Positions 29,545-40,511 of a stretch of 64,000 bases of DNA are shown here, piece by piece (positions within the stretch are counted from its first letter, which is position 1; each line of letters opens with the position of its first letter). The position numbers were made by a program, and so were the translations under genes. The notes below the pieces were generated by a model. It saw nothing but the letters and a program-made list of their open reading frames with translations, searched no databases and was not told the DNA's origin. Source of the DNA: a virus (Duplodnaviria; Caudoviricetes); the IMG/VR virus record IMGVR_UViG_2597490325_000001, positions 64,001 to 128,000 of that record. One strand, given 5' to 3'.

Positions 29545-30276
29545 ATGGAATTGGATTTTGTAAGAGAATCGTATTCTACATTAGATGGAGCTTTAGAAGA
29601 TTTCTTATCTAGTAAAGCTGATTTATTTAGTTCCGCTCCAAGGAATGATTTCCTTGAAGGATTAATGTCTAGAATTGATTCAGCTAAACTTTCTGAAGAT
29701 CTTGATTCAGATGATAAAGATGAATTACAAGGTTTAGAAAGTGCATTATACCATAAAATCATTTCTCACTTCAGAAAGGATTATTCTATTAATGAAGAAG
29801 AAATTGCTAATATTTTTGAGAATGCTCAAATTACCAGATTCTATATTCAGAAGATTTATGATCTTTTTTATACTGGTAAACGAGAAATTCTTATTAATTT
29901 CCTAGCTAACTTTATTTTTGATAATAAAGGTGATTTTGCTAAGCAATATAAAGCTCAAGTAAGTAAAAAAGATTATGAATATTACTCTCTTCGTAAAGAT
30001 CTTTCATTGTCTAAACCTGAGTATTATTGTATTATCATTAAAGCTGTAGAAATTGTCAATGATATTTTGGAAGATACCGAGAGTTTTGACTTTAAAGAAG
30101 TACTCCTTGGTAGTGATTTAGAAGTTGAAGATGTAGAAACCGTCTATTCGTTATTTGATAGCAGTTCTGATAACTTCTCTAGATTTATCGATACTTTGAT
30201 TGGAAGTATTAACCAAGACCGAATTTCTCTAGAAGTTAAAGATAAATTAGGTAATATGCTTAAAAATGCTAAGTAA
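29545..30276 (+). CDS. Hypothetical protein
   Basis: Starts immediately after the terminase stop. Confidence 0.7.
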   Translation: MELDFVRESYSTLDGALEDFLSSKADLFSSAPRNDFLEGLMSRIDSAKLSEDLDSDDKDELQGLESALYHKIISHFRKDYSINEEEIANIFENAQITRFYIQKIYDLFYTGKREILINFLANFIFDNKGDFAKQYKAQVSKKDYEYYSLRKDLSLSKPEYYCIIIKAVEIVNDILEDTESFDFKEVLLGSDLEVEDVETVYSLFDSSSDNFSRFIDTLIGSINQDRISLEVKDKLGNMLKNAK

Positions 30277-30312
30277 ATAACAAAAAGTTAGATCACACAA
30301 GGATACCGAATA

Positions 30313-31119
30313 ATGTCTAATGTACCTACTCAAGAACAAATCGCTGGTTCAGTTAATGCTGTAGAACAGAAAGTGAATGATATCCCTTCTCTGGACAGTA
30401 ATATGCAAGAAGCAGCTGATGAAGTAACTAAATTAGGTAAAGAGTATACCGCTACAATTGCAAATGCAGCGCGTCATACTGCTGAAATTCTGTCAGAGTA
30501 TATTGCTTCTCTTCGTAAAGAAGCTACGAATGCTATTAATGTACTCACTGCAAAAAATGCTGAAGAAGGTTTAACTGATGCTGAATCTATGGATTTAGGT
30601 GCTGCTATTATTACTAAGCAGAACATTCTAGAATTGGATACTCAGCAACCTCTTTATCTTTTTGCCGCTCAGAATAAAGTTAGTATTGAAATCGCTAGTT
30701 GTAAACCGCGAGTACTACAAGCGTACGAAGTATTTAAACATTACTGCCGTACACGAAAACTGCGTCATGCCGACATGATGGTAGCTTTTGATATGGTAGA
30801 TAAAGATTCCGAAGAATTCCATAAGTCTAAAATGGTATTTGCTTATTATGTCTTTAAGATGTTTGAGCAGAATAAAAAGACTATGGATAATCGTATTCTT
30901 TATATGCATCTTACCACTCAGGTATTACTGACTGCATTTGCTACTAATGCATCAACTCAATTCATCGAGAAGTTTGTCAAAACTATCTATCCAGAAGTAT
31001 TTACTGAAGAAATTTTCAATAAAGCTATGGATACTACTGCATTGGACTCAGAGGGAGAACTCTCTGATAAGGTTGAAGTAGATGAAGGTGAAGCTGATTC
31101 ATCTTATGTAGCCCAGTAA
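30313..31119 (+). CDS. Hypothetical late-type protein
   Basis: AACA-N6-TAG at 30279, AAGGA RBS. Confidence 0.7.
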   Translation: MSNVPTQEQIAGSVNAVEQKVNDIPSLDSNMQEAADEVTKLGKEYTATIANAARHTAEILSEYIASLRKEATNAINVLTAKNAEEGLTDAESMDLGAAIITKQNILELDTQQPLYLFAAQNKVSIEIASCKPRVLQAYEVFKHYCRTRKLRHADMMVAFDMVDKDSEEFHKSKMVFAYYVFKMFEQNKKTMDNRILYMHLTTQVLLTAFATNASTQFIEKFVKTIYPEVFTEEIFNKAMDTTALDSEGELSDKVEVDEGEADSSYVAQ

Positions 31120-31190
31120 AAATTAATTCCCCTATAGTCTGAACAAGGCTATAGGGGATTAACTCTTATTTTTTATATAGGAATTCTAAA

Positions 31191-31889
31191 ATGGCTTCAA
31201 AAAAAGTAGAGAAATATATAGTTAAGAAAGGTACTTCTTTAGTCTGTAAACAGGATGTAAAGATTATCATACCTAAAACTAACTTTGATAACAATCTATC
31301 TGAATTTAAAGATTCTCAGATTATAACTCAAGGTTTATTTAAAATGAGTTCACCGGATGGTAAAGATCAGTTTGAAGTTAAATTACCATTGAGCGTTAAA
31401 CTTAATTTTTACGATATGACCAGTGATAGTGATAACTTCTATTTCCCATATAAAGAAAATGACGTTATTATCGAAGACATGGTTTTCATCCCAAACGTTA
31501 AGCAAGCTTCAGCTTTCCTTAATCTTTTAACTGCTGGTAAGATCAATACTAATTCATTTACTGATACAGTAGATGTATTCAAAAAGTCAATGGCTTATAA
31601 TAAGGTTAATATTAACGTACCTTCTGAACTAGTTGAATGTATGATTGCTGAAATGGCTCGTTATAAGAGTGATACAACTATTCCATTCAGAATAGCCTAT
31701 GGTACTATTAAAGGTGTATCTGAAAGTGATTATACAATGTTTAACTATAAAGACATTGCACGTATGACATCCGTATTTGGTGCTGTATCATTTGAAGACA
31801 TCAAAAAATCTATGCAGTCTGCTGTTTTCATGACACGAACCAATCAGGATCAGACTATCACCCCTACTGAGTCTGTACTCAAGTATTAA
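31191..31889 (+). CDS. Probable RNA polymerase beta' extreme C-terminal fragment (second RNAP)
   Basis: VPSELVECMIAEMAR and IARMTSVFGAVSFED parallel RpoC KHIEVIVRQM and SFISAASFQE, and the C-terminus of 634-2445. Confidence 0.55.
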   Translation: MASKKVEKYIVKKGTSLVCKQDVKIIIPKTNFDNNLSEFKDSQIITQGLFKMSSPDGKDQFEVKLPLSVKLNFYDMTSDSDNFYFPYKENDVIIEDMVFIPNVKQASAFLNLLTAGKINTNSFTDTVDVFKKSMAYNKVNINVPSELVECMIAEMARYKSDTTIPFRIAYGTIKGVSESDYTMFNYKDIARMTSVFGAVSFEDIKKSMQSAVFMTRTNQDQTITPTESVLKY

Positions 31890-32007
31890 AAATAATAAAA
31901 GCCATCCTGTTTCTGAGTAACATAAAAATAGAATGTACTCATATGAAATATATTAGTATATAGTATTTCATTCAAGTAGTATTTCTTTTATAAAGGAAAT
32001 AGAAAAG

Positions 32008-33780
32008 ATGGCAGATTATTTACATCCTTCCGTCTCTAGCCGAATCGTTGATAATTCAGCTGTATATGCTACCGCCGCAGGTAACACTGTACTTTATGCT
32101 GCTATCCATTCGGCTATCGGACGGGACAATGCTGTTGAATTCGTTACCACTACAGACGAGTTTCTGTTTAAGTTTGGTAATCCGAATCTCTCCAAGTATG
32201 GTCAAACTTCATATAATATCCTGAACTGGCTGCAATCAGGTGGTACAGCTTATGTACTGCGTGTTATGCCGGACGATGCTAAGTTTGCTAACAGCTTAAT
32301 CAGTATTAAAACTACTGCAGCTGCTGATCCTGCTAAAGCTACCGTTCTGGTGACTGCTAAAGCTCAGACTACCAATACTGCTTCCAAGAATGCAATGAAA
32401 ACCATCCTAAGCGGTGGTACAGCTGGTGAAACTCCACTGTGCTTCATTGTACCTAAAGGTCGTGGTGAAAATTATAACGGCTATGGTTTCCGTTTATCTC
32501 TGCGTTCTGATTACGACAACACCTATAATTTCCGTACTTACAATCTGTCTGTAACGGTTAAAGATTCTACTGGTGCCGACGTAGTTGTTGAAGGCCCATA
32601 CATTGTATCCTTCGACCCAGAAGCAAAAGATAAATCTCGTCAGTCTATTTACTATGCTAATATCATTAACAAGTATAGTCAGTACGTAGAAATCGTAGAC
32701 AACCGTTCCGCATTTGAAACTATTTCTGAATTTGTAGTTGGCGACTCTGAAGCTGACCCTCAGAAAGTAGATATCATCTTTGGTCAGGAACGTGCAGTTA
32801 CTCCTGCTGAGACTATTCATGCTAATGTAGTATGGAAATCCTCTTCAGTAGAAACTGATGACCCGTCTTATGACGCAACTGCTGCCAACTTCAACAATAT
32901 TCAATACCTGACTGAAGGTTCTGAAGGTACTTGGACTGGTGGTAATGAAGAATCTGCTCTCCTTGTGAAAGGTTATAGCGGCGTTCTGGCTCCAGAAATT
33001 CTGGACAAACAACAGTATGAAATCGATGTACTGCTGGATGGTAATAATGAAGTTGCTGTTAAAAACGCTATGAGCGATCTGTGCTCTGAACAGCGTGGTG
33101 ACTGTATTGCTATTCTTGACTGCTCTTTCCAAGGGGATGCGCAGCAGACTATCGACTATCGTACTGGTAATATCAGTATGAGTACTTATTTCACCGCTAT
33201 CTTCGGCCAGCATATGAATGTATATGACGAATATAATGGTGAAACTATTACAGTTACTTCAACTTACTTCCTGGCTTCCATGATTCCATCTAACGATGAT
33301 CAGAATGGTATTCAGTGGACGTTTGTTGGCCCACGTCGTGGTGTAATCTCTGGTTTTACGGATATTAACTTCTATCCTAACGAACCTTGGAAAGAAAAAC
33401 TGTATCTGGCTCAGGTTAACTACATTGAGCGTGATCCTAAGAAAATTAGTTTTGCGACTCAGCTGACTTCTCAGACCTCTCGCTCTGCACTGAGCTACAT
33501 CAACAACGTTCGTGTACTGTTACGTATTCGTCGTGAAGTTGAGAAAATGATGGCTGATTACCGTCAGGAGTTCCAAGATAATACTACTTATGATAGTATG
33601 TCTTACAGCCTGAATAACTATCTGCAACAGTGGGTAGCTAACCGTGCATGTTCTTCTATCTCCGGTACTGTATATGCTTCTGACTATGACAAGCAGCAAT
33701 CTATTGCTCGTGTCAAAGTTGAGCTTGTATTCACTGGTGTAATCGAACGTATCGCCATTGACCTAGTCGTTAATAAATAA
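32008..33780 (+). CDS. Tail sheath protein
   Basis: YLHPSV N-terminus, FKFGNP, VLRVMP, GPRRG, SYINNVRVL and C-terminal IERIAIDL sheath pattern; late motif at 31919. Confidence 0.9.
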   Translation: MADYLHPSVSSRIVDNSAVYATAAGNTVLYAAIHSAIGRDNAVEFVTTTDEFLFKFGNPNLSKYGQTSYNILNWLQSGGTAYVLRVMPDDAKFANSLISIKTTAAADPAKATVLVTAKAQTTNTASKNAMKTILSGGTAGETPLCFIVPKGRGENYNGYGFRLSLRSDYDNTYNFRTYNLSVTVKDSTGADVVVEGPYIVSFDPEAKDKSRQSIYYANIINKYSQYVEIVDNRSAFETISEFVVGDSEADPQKVDIIFGQERAVTPAETIHANVVWKSSSVETDDPSYDATAANFNNIQYLTEGSEGTWTGGNEESALLVKGYSGVLAPEILDKQQYEIDVLLDGNNEVAVKNAMSDLCSEQRGDCIAILDCSFQGDAQQTIDYRTGNISMSTYFTAIFGQHMNVYDEYNGETITVTSTYFLASMIPSNDDQNGIQWTFVGPRRGVISGFTDINFYPNEPWKEKLYLAQVNYIERDPKKISFATQLTSQTSRSALSYINNVRVLLRIRREVEKMMADYRQEFQDNTTYDSMSYSLNNYLQQWVANRACSSISGTVYASDYDKQQSIARVKVELVFTGVIERIAIDLVVNK

Positions 33781-33790
33781 GGATAAATAA

Positions 33791-34543
33791 ATGGCTAACT
33801 CAGATATCTTGACTTATGACTCCGGTCTAACTGGTCATGACACTAGTGCAACGGGCGATAACTTCTTTACTGGTGCTATTAACACTGGACAGATTAGTCA
33901 CGACCCGTATGTAACTGGTTTCGCATTTTGGGTATGGGTTTCCGTACCCACTTGGTTGTCTAACCCTGAAGAATTTAAAGCTCTTTCTCAAAAGAACTTT
34001 TTAGCATTCCAGGGTTTGTCTAACCTTGAAATGGAAACTGAAGGTGTTCGTGGTGGTTTTACTGCTAACGAAACTCATTACGCAAAACAGACTGGTGCAA
34101 AACCAACTGAATTTACTCTGCGTTATCAGATTCATAGTGGTTCTCCACTCGATCGTTTTTATAATGAATGGTATTCCGGTATCCGTGACCCACATACTGG
34201 TATTGCTACTTATCCTAAGCAGTTCGGTTTAGAATATCACTCTTCTAACCATACTGGTGTAGGTCTGTATGTTGTTACTCGTCCAGATGCTAACAATTTT
34301 GATGCTAAAAACATTGAATTTGCTACTCTGATAACTCATATGCAACCAAAACGTATCAACATGGAACATTTCAACTTTGAGCAAGGTACTAACGACTTTG
34401 CTACAGGCGAAATGCCGTTCTCTGGTGTTATGCATTTTGGTCAACAGGTTGCGCAGTATGCTGAATCTTACATTAGTGATAAAGTTTATAACTTCATTAC
34501 TGAAAACAACTTCAGCAACATCAATACCTATACTGGTTCCTAA
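33791..34543 (+). CDS. Tail tube protein
   Basis: Directly follows the sheath gene; 250 aa, high codon bias, WYSGIRDP motif. Confidence 0.7.
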   Translation: MANSDILTYDSGLTGHDTSATGDNFFTGAINTGQISHDPYVTGFAFWVWVSVPTWLSNPEEFKALSQKNFLAFQGLSNLEMETEGVRGGFTANETHYAKQTGAKPTEFTLRYQIHSGSPLDRFYNEWYSGIRDPHTGIATYPKQFGLEYHSSNHTGVGLYVVTRPDANNFDAKNIEFATLITHMQPKRINMEHFNFEQGTNDFATGEMPFSGVMHFGQQVAQYAESYISDKVYNFITENNFSNINTYTGS

Positions 34544-34603
34544 TCAGTAAAAAAAAATTAAGAATAACCCATATCCCTCCAAAGGGATATGGGTTTCTTT
34601 ATA

Positions 34604-36361
34604 CTATTTCAAAATCCATTTTCTTAGACCAGCATTATAAATACGATAATATCCATTGGCATGTGAATTTTCATATTCAGTTAAATTAGGATCAAAAATT
34701 TTTTTACATGTAGTAGGATCTTTAAATTTTTTAGCCTGATTACTTTTTTTCATAAATGATTTATGATAACGTCTTTCAGAGGCTTGATTGTTATTGGTAT
34801 TTATATAGTAATAATCTGGAGGGATTTCTTTTATCAAATCAAATCCCAACGCTCTATATAGATTACCATTACTAATTCTATTATCACTATAAGATACAAT
34901 AGATTCTATTTCGTTAATTCTCTCATCTTTACAGAATGCAGTAAGTAATTTAGAAGCACCGCCCACTACCTGCTTTGAAGATGCAAACCTTACCAACTCC
35001 CAATTTTTACCATCTGCTACAGAGCCTCTATTACTGGTAGTGAAGTTGAATAGCATAACTGCTAGTAATTCACTTGTATTTGTATCTAATAAACCATAAG
35101 CGTATTTATAAACACATCTGCCTTGAATATGAGTTGAATCAAGAAAACTATTTATAATATTTTTTGATAAACGTTCATCTGTATCATCAATTAATTTAGT
35201 TTTTCTTGCAAAAATTTTTTCTAAACCGATACTAGATTTAAGTAATATCATTTTCTTAATGATATCTAATTTATGCAAAATTTCATCTTCATAAAATTGT
35301 AATAATCTGATATCTTGTGATTCACATAAATTGAATTTTTCCTTCATATGGTTTTTCAGCCAGCTGTGCCTATTACGGTTACTAGGTAAAGCTTCACTAT
35401 GCCAGTAATTACCATGACATTCTATACCAAATTTATAATCAGGTAAATAAATATCAATTTCTTTACCATTTAGAATATTTCTGTCATGTTCTACAAAGTT
35501 GATTTTATTATCTCTAAGAAAATCTTTAATTACTACTTCTATAAATGGGTCTCTTTTAGCACATTTAATACATCTCTTACCAGAAAGATGCCCTTTAGGT
35601 AATTGCTCAAAATAACCATGTTCAGGGCATGATATCATTATCTTAGTATTACTATCTACATATTCCACTTTAGAATAGTCATAGAAGTCTCCATGCACTT
35701 TTTTAGCTTTTTTAATAAAACTATTAGTGGTATCTTTCTTAGCTTCAGCTGATGCAGTAATAAGTGGTATAGCACATTTAGGGCATCCATTACCTGCAAT
35801 ATGCCTATTAGGAGTTTGTTCGAAATCTCCATGTTTCTTACAGGTAATTATTACTTTAGTTTTATTATTTACGTAATGTACTTTATCATAATTATATTTG
35901 TTATTATGAATTTCCTTAGCTTTACTAATAAATAAGTGGCATCTACTAGGGTCATTATCTTTTTTAACCATAGCACATTTAGGACATCCAGCACCATGAG
36001 TATGACTATTAGGAGTCTGTTCAAAATCACCATGTATTTTACATGTAATAACTAATTTCGTATTAGTATTTACATATTCAGCAGATGTGTATAGGTATTT
36101 ATTACCATGTATTTTTTTAGCTTTTTTAATAAAAGACTTAGTATCAAAAACTTGATAACCTGATTTATTTCTTTTACATAAAGGACAGCCACCTCTATCT
36201 TTTCTTCTTATATAATGAGGAGTCTGTTCAAAATCACCATGTTCTTTACATGTAATAGTTACCTTAGTAGTATCATTTACATAGACAGTTTTATTATATA
36301 GATAATCCTCTTCTGGAAAACGCTCAGTTTTAAGTTTGTAAATAAATTCTTTAGTATCCAT
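34604..36361 (-). CDS. Free-standing Hef-like homing endonuclease with zinc-ribbon repeats
   Basis: Four repeats of ITCxxHGxFEQxP..H..G.GCPxC; EIDIYLP..KFGIECHGNYWH nuclease motif; late motif on minus strand at 36391-36403. Confidence 0.8.
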   Translation of the reverse strand: MDTKEFIYKLKTERFPEEDYLYNKTVYVNDTTKVTITCKEHGDFEQTPHYIRRKDRGGCPLCKRNKSGYQVFDTKSFIKKAKKIHGNKYLYTSAEYVNTNTKLVITCKIHGDFEQTPNSHTHGAGCPKCAMVKKDNDPSRCHLFISKAKEIHNNKYNYDKVHYVNNKTKVIITCKKHGDFEQTPNRHIAGNGCPKCAIPLITASAEAKKDTTNSFIKKAKKVHGDFYDYSKVEYVDSNTKIMISCPEHGYFEQLPKGHLSGKRCIKCAKRDPFIEVVIKDFLRDNKINFVEHDRNILNGKEIDIYLPDYKFGIECHGNYWHSEALPSNRNRHSWLKNHMKEKFNLCESQDIRLLQFYEDEILHKLDIIKKMILLKSSIGLEKIFARKTKLIDDTDERLSKNIINSFLDSTHIQGRCVYKYAYGLLDTNTSELLAVMLFNFTTSNRGSVADGKNWELVRFASSKQVVGGASKLLTAFCKDERINEIESIVSYSDNRISNGNLYRALGFDLIKEIPPDYYYINTNNNQASERRYHKSFMKKSNQAKKFKDPTTCKKIFDPNLTEYENSHANGYYRIYNAGLRKWILK

Positions 36362-36451
36362 ATTTTTTATTACTGACCTATTTTAGTTAACTAAGAAAAT
36401 GTTAAAAAAATAAGAATAACCCATATCTCTTAAAGAGATATGGGCTTTTAC

Positions 36452-37537
36452 TTAAAGTTTAAATACTAATTGATTATCATTGCAGAGTTCTTCTACCATC
36501 AATGCTCTGAAATTTTCGCCATATCCAGTATATGCTTTCTTAAGCATATTATATAGAACAGGGTAAGTATTTGCTGAAATAATAATCTCAATGTTCCCAT
36601 AACTGTTAATCTCAATGTTTTCCCCACTATAGCTCTTTTGAAGACATATTAAATTAGCTTCTTTATCAATAAGAAGCTCATATTTGTGAGAGTGTGTACC
36701 ATTTACATAAATAGGGAATTGGCTATTATTAAAAAGTTCTAATAACCATTTATTTGATATTTTAGTAACAGATAGATATGATTCTTCTTTTTTAGCTCTT
36801 TCAAAATTAGGAGTAAATTTAGCTTGTTCAAAATTATTAGTAGATTGAATAGGAGTATTCTTAGACTTAAGTCTTTTCAACTTAGATAAAAAATCTAAAT
36901 CATTTCTATTAATTCTTCTACTTTTCTTTCTATTAATACTATCTTCATTATATGGATAACGTTTAATGAAATCATTTGTATTAGTTAGATCTACATGATA
37001 TGAAGAATCAGCTTCTTCCATAAAAAGACTGTTAAAGGTTAAAGAAAATTCTTTATACTTATCATGAGTATCAACTTCACCATCTCTTATTTTTTTAAGT
37101 AAAAATTGAGCTACTTCATTAGGGAAAATATCAAATAAATGATTAGGTTCGCCATTATTTATATTTTCTGGATGGAGAGGTATAGTCCATTGATTTAAAC
37201 GAGTAACCTTTTTAAGAATTTCGAATGCCGGATTTACTTCCAGCTTATCATTTCCAACATCTATATTCATTCTTGTAGTTTTTCTTCTTTCTAATACAAT
37301 TTTAAGTTTGCTTTCGATTTCATTATTATCACATAGAGAATTGCAATCTTTCATATAAAATGATAAGCCGTCTCCTTTATCCGTTGAAACATTTTTAATT
37401 ATTATTGGGAAAGTAAATGACCCTGGGGTTGATACAGGGATTTTATATGTTTTGATAATTAAGTCAGTGATATCTTTATTTAATATAATACTATCACCGG
37501 CAATGCGCATTAAAACTTTATGGCTAATTTCGAACAT
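36452..37537 (-). CDS. Hypothetical early-type protein
   Basis: 361-aa ORF, AAGGA RBS, ATATATAAT on minus strand near 37573-37581. Confidence 0.7.
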   Translation of the reverse strand: MFEISHKVLMRIAGDSIILNKDITDLIIKTYKIPVSTPGSFTFPIIIKNVSTDKGDGLSFYMKDCNSLCDNNEIESKLKIVLERRKTTRMNIDVGNDKLEVNPAFEILKKVTRLNQWTIPLHPENINNGEPNHLFDIFPNEVAQFLLKKIRDGEVDTHDKYKEFSLTFNSLFMEEADSSYHVDLTNTNDFIKRYPYNEDSINRKKSRRINRNDLDFLSKLKRLKSKNTPIQSTNNFEQAKFTPNFERAKKEESYLSVTKISNKWLLELFNNSQFPIYVNGTHSHKYELLIDKEANLICLQKSYSGENIEINSYGNIEIIISANTYPVLYNMLKKAYTGYGENFRALMVEELCNDNQLVFKL

Positions 37538-37639
37538 TGTAAAATTCCTTTATATAGATTATTCACACTATAATTATATATACATGAAAAAATAATTAAA
37601 AATAATCCATATCCCTCAAAAGAAGGATATGGATATTTA

Positions 37640-40416
37640 TTAATATTTTCTTGAATCGTTAATAACTTTTACATCTTTAAGGAAAATATAAGATATTATT
37701 AGAGTAAATGGAATACTATACAAAACCGCTGATTCATGATGAGTAGCTTTAACTACTACTATATTAAGAATCAGTAGCATCATTATAGATAGAAATAATA
37801 CAAGTAAAATTCTAGATATATACGCTTGTTTCAGAGTTCTATACTTTGTATTATAAACCGTTACAGCTAAGGTACCGAAAGATAACACTGTATAAATAAT
37901 AAGTATAGTTGTTGAACTAAGATAATTACTTATAGTCAGTAAGTCTACCATAAAATTAATCACTGGAATTCCTCTTGTTAATTAGTTCAGGTAATTTACC
38001 TAAATCAGAAATCTCTTGTAAGCCTACTTTCAATGCAATATTTTGTGCATGACTACTAAGTTCATTCTTACCGTTTTCTACAATCTCTTCCATAACTTCT
38101 TCCATTACTTCCGTAGCAAAAGTTAAGTTTTTAGGAGTATTATTGATTGCATGTTTAAGACTTTTTACTTTTTCTTGAAGATCCTTACGATTTAGTTTAC
38201 TTCCACTTAAAGCAACTTCTAAATCTTTAAGTCTTTCTTGAAGTCCTTCAATTTGAGATGATACACTCTCTTCAAGAATTCGTCGTAAATGAGCGTTACT
38301 AGTTTCCGTTTCACCTATACTTCCTGGTGAAACAATATTACCATCGCGGTAATACGATATAGTGCATGGAGTACCTTCTCCCAGCCCAATACTGCTAACC
38401 ATAGCAGCCCATTGACTTTGAGTTAGATTAACTTCTATAAGACCCTTTCGACTATTAGGTCTAAATTTTTTAATACCATATGCTTCTACTTCTATACCCT
38501 GATCAATAGTTAACCGGATATAGTTATTGTGTCTAATTCCACTACCGAAAAATCTTTTACCAGCGCCACTTTGTACTCTAGAAATAGAGATATTGCCGAA
38601 TGCCGGATGAGATCTTTCTAGATGCCCTAAAGAATTTATTCTTTCTTCTATTAACACATCATTATTCTTTTTAGTCATGATTACCTCAAAAATAATTCCC
38701 TATACCTTCAAAAGAGGGTATAGGGGGTTTCTTAGATATGCTTTCGATACTTTATTACATATACCGTATGAATTATATGTAATACTGCAAGACAGATTAT
38801 AGTAGTATTAGTACTAAAGTTCCATCCAAGAACTACAGCGGTTAAAATTAATTGAAGACCCTTATCAGAAAAAATTCTAAAAATTTTCATTTTTAGCTTA
38901 TTTTCCGAAGGTACAGATATTGCGAATACTGCTAAGCCTATCATCAGTATTCCAACTACAGCAAATATTACTGGATAAGAGTAAATCATATGTATACCTT
39001 AAAAAATGTTAATTCTAAGCCCTATAGTATAACGTTTACCCTTGCCAACTTCTATAAAAAAGCTTTCTTTTAATCTTATCTTCATAACTATCTCCTTTTT
39101 GATCTTCTCAAAATCAATATCTTCCGTAACTATATAGTCATGAATTGCTTTCTCTAGAGAGTCAACAAAATCAGATAAACGCTTCTTCATTACACTACCT
39201 TTTATCCCATCAGGTAAAGGCATAATACACATTGCTGCGTTATCAAAAAATCTAATGTCGGCGTAATAAGTGTGTCTATGTCTATTATATTGTGAAAATT
39301 TTTGTACTGTTTCTCTGTCAACTTTCTCTACTAGACGTTCAAGAGGAGTAAATCTTCTATCAATATAATCTATTGCACCTACTACTAAAAGAAGAACTAA
39401 ACCAACACCAATTATAATAACTTTTACAGCCTCATCATGTGTCATTATTTGAAAAGTTTCCTTATATAATATTTGATGGTTATACGAATTTCTTTACCTG
39501 TCTTCAAATAAATACAGGTGCTTTTATCTGGATCTACATTTCTATCATAACCTACACGTCTAATGGCATAGCGTATAAAAGTATTTTTAGAGCTATCAAA
39601 CTCACTCGCTATAACATATGGCGTATTAGTTCTATATTGAATTTTTCTCAATATAGGATTTACAATTCTTTTTAACCGAGTAGAGTGAACGGTATATGTA
39701 TTAGTTTCCACCATCGTCTCCGGAAGAATGATCATTGGTAGAGCCACGTAATTTAGATTTAGGAATAAGACCATTTTTAGTAGGTTCTAAATTACATTCT
39801 TTATAATACCATGAATATGTACCTTTGGTACCTAAAGAGTTAGCATACATAGTGCAGTCAATTGTTTCCCATAAAGGGCGATATGTAAAAATAGTTGTAG
39901 ATGCAATTGCTAATGCTACCAATTTAACGGTAATAATTCGACGTTTGCTATCTGTTACAATATCTAACCAATCTTCATCTTTTTTGTGAAGATAAAATGC
40001 AAATCCACCAATCAGAATTACAAGAATAGTTAAAAGTAACAGAAAATACCAGATCATAAAATACTCCTTTAGAATTGACTAGAATCAACAGATTTAATTA
40101 AATCGATTTGTAACTGTAAATGTTTAATGGTTTCTCGTCTTAACGAGAGTGTTGCAGAATCTATATCTTTTTGGTGACAAATTAGGTAAGACTGATAAGT
40201 GCTTCCCATACTATCAAAATATACTTTTCCTATATCTTCTGACAGAATATTGAAAACTGAGCGTGTAATTAAGCGTACAGATTGGAAGCGGATTAAATCT
40301 GAACTACGTTTAGTATATGGTGATGGTTTGAGAATGTCAACTACATTAAGCTCTTTAGTATTAAGAATACCATTCTCAATAATTACCATATACAATTTAA
40401 TATCTTTAAGAATCAT
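37640..40416 (-). CDS. Early-type run of small ORFs, four of them hydrophobic (37640-37963, 37956-38678, 38732-38989, 38999-39445, 39701-40057, 40069-40416, plus an ORF in 39445-39774)
   Basis: ATATATTAT on minus strand at 40449-40457; adjoining ORFs; TM-like stretches. Confidence 0.6.
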
Positions 40417-40511
40417 CTCATTTCCTTTAAATTAGCATTATCATTCTTATAATATATTTTTAAAAGTAAGAATAAAAATCCCCATACCTTTTTACAGGTA
40501 TGGGGTATTTA

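Noticed and set aside
35560-36361. CRISPR array or DNA repeat system
   Set aside because: The repeats are in-frame zinc-ribbon protein repeats; no regularly spaced repeat-spacer array or cas gene was seen in the window
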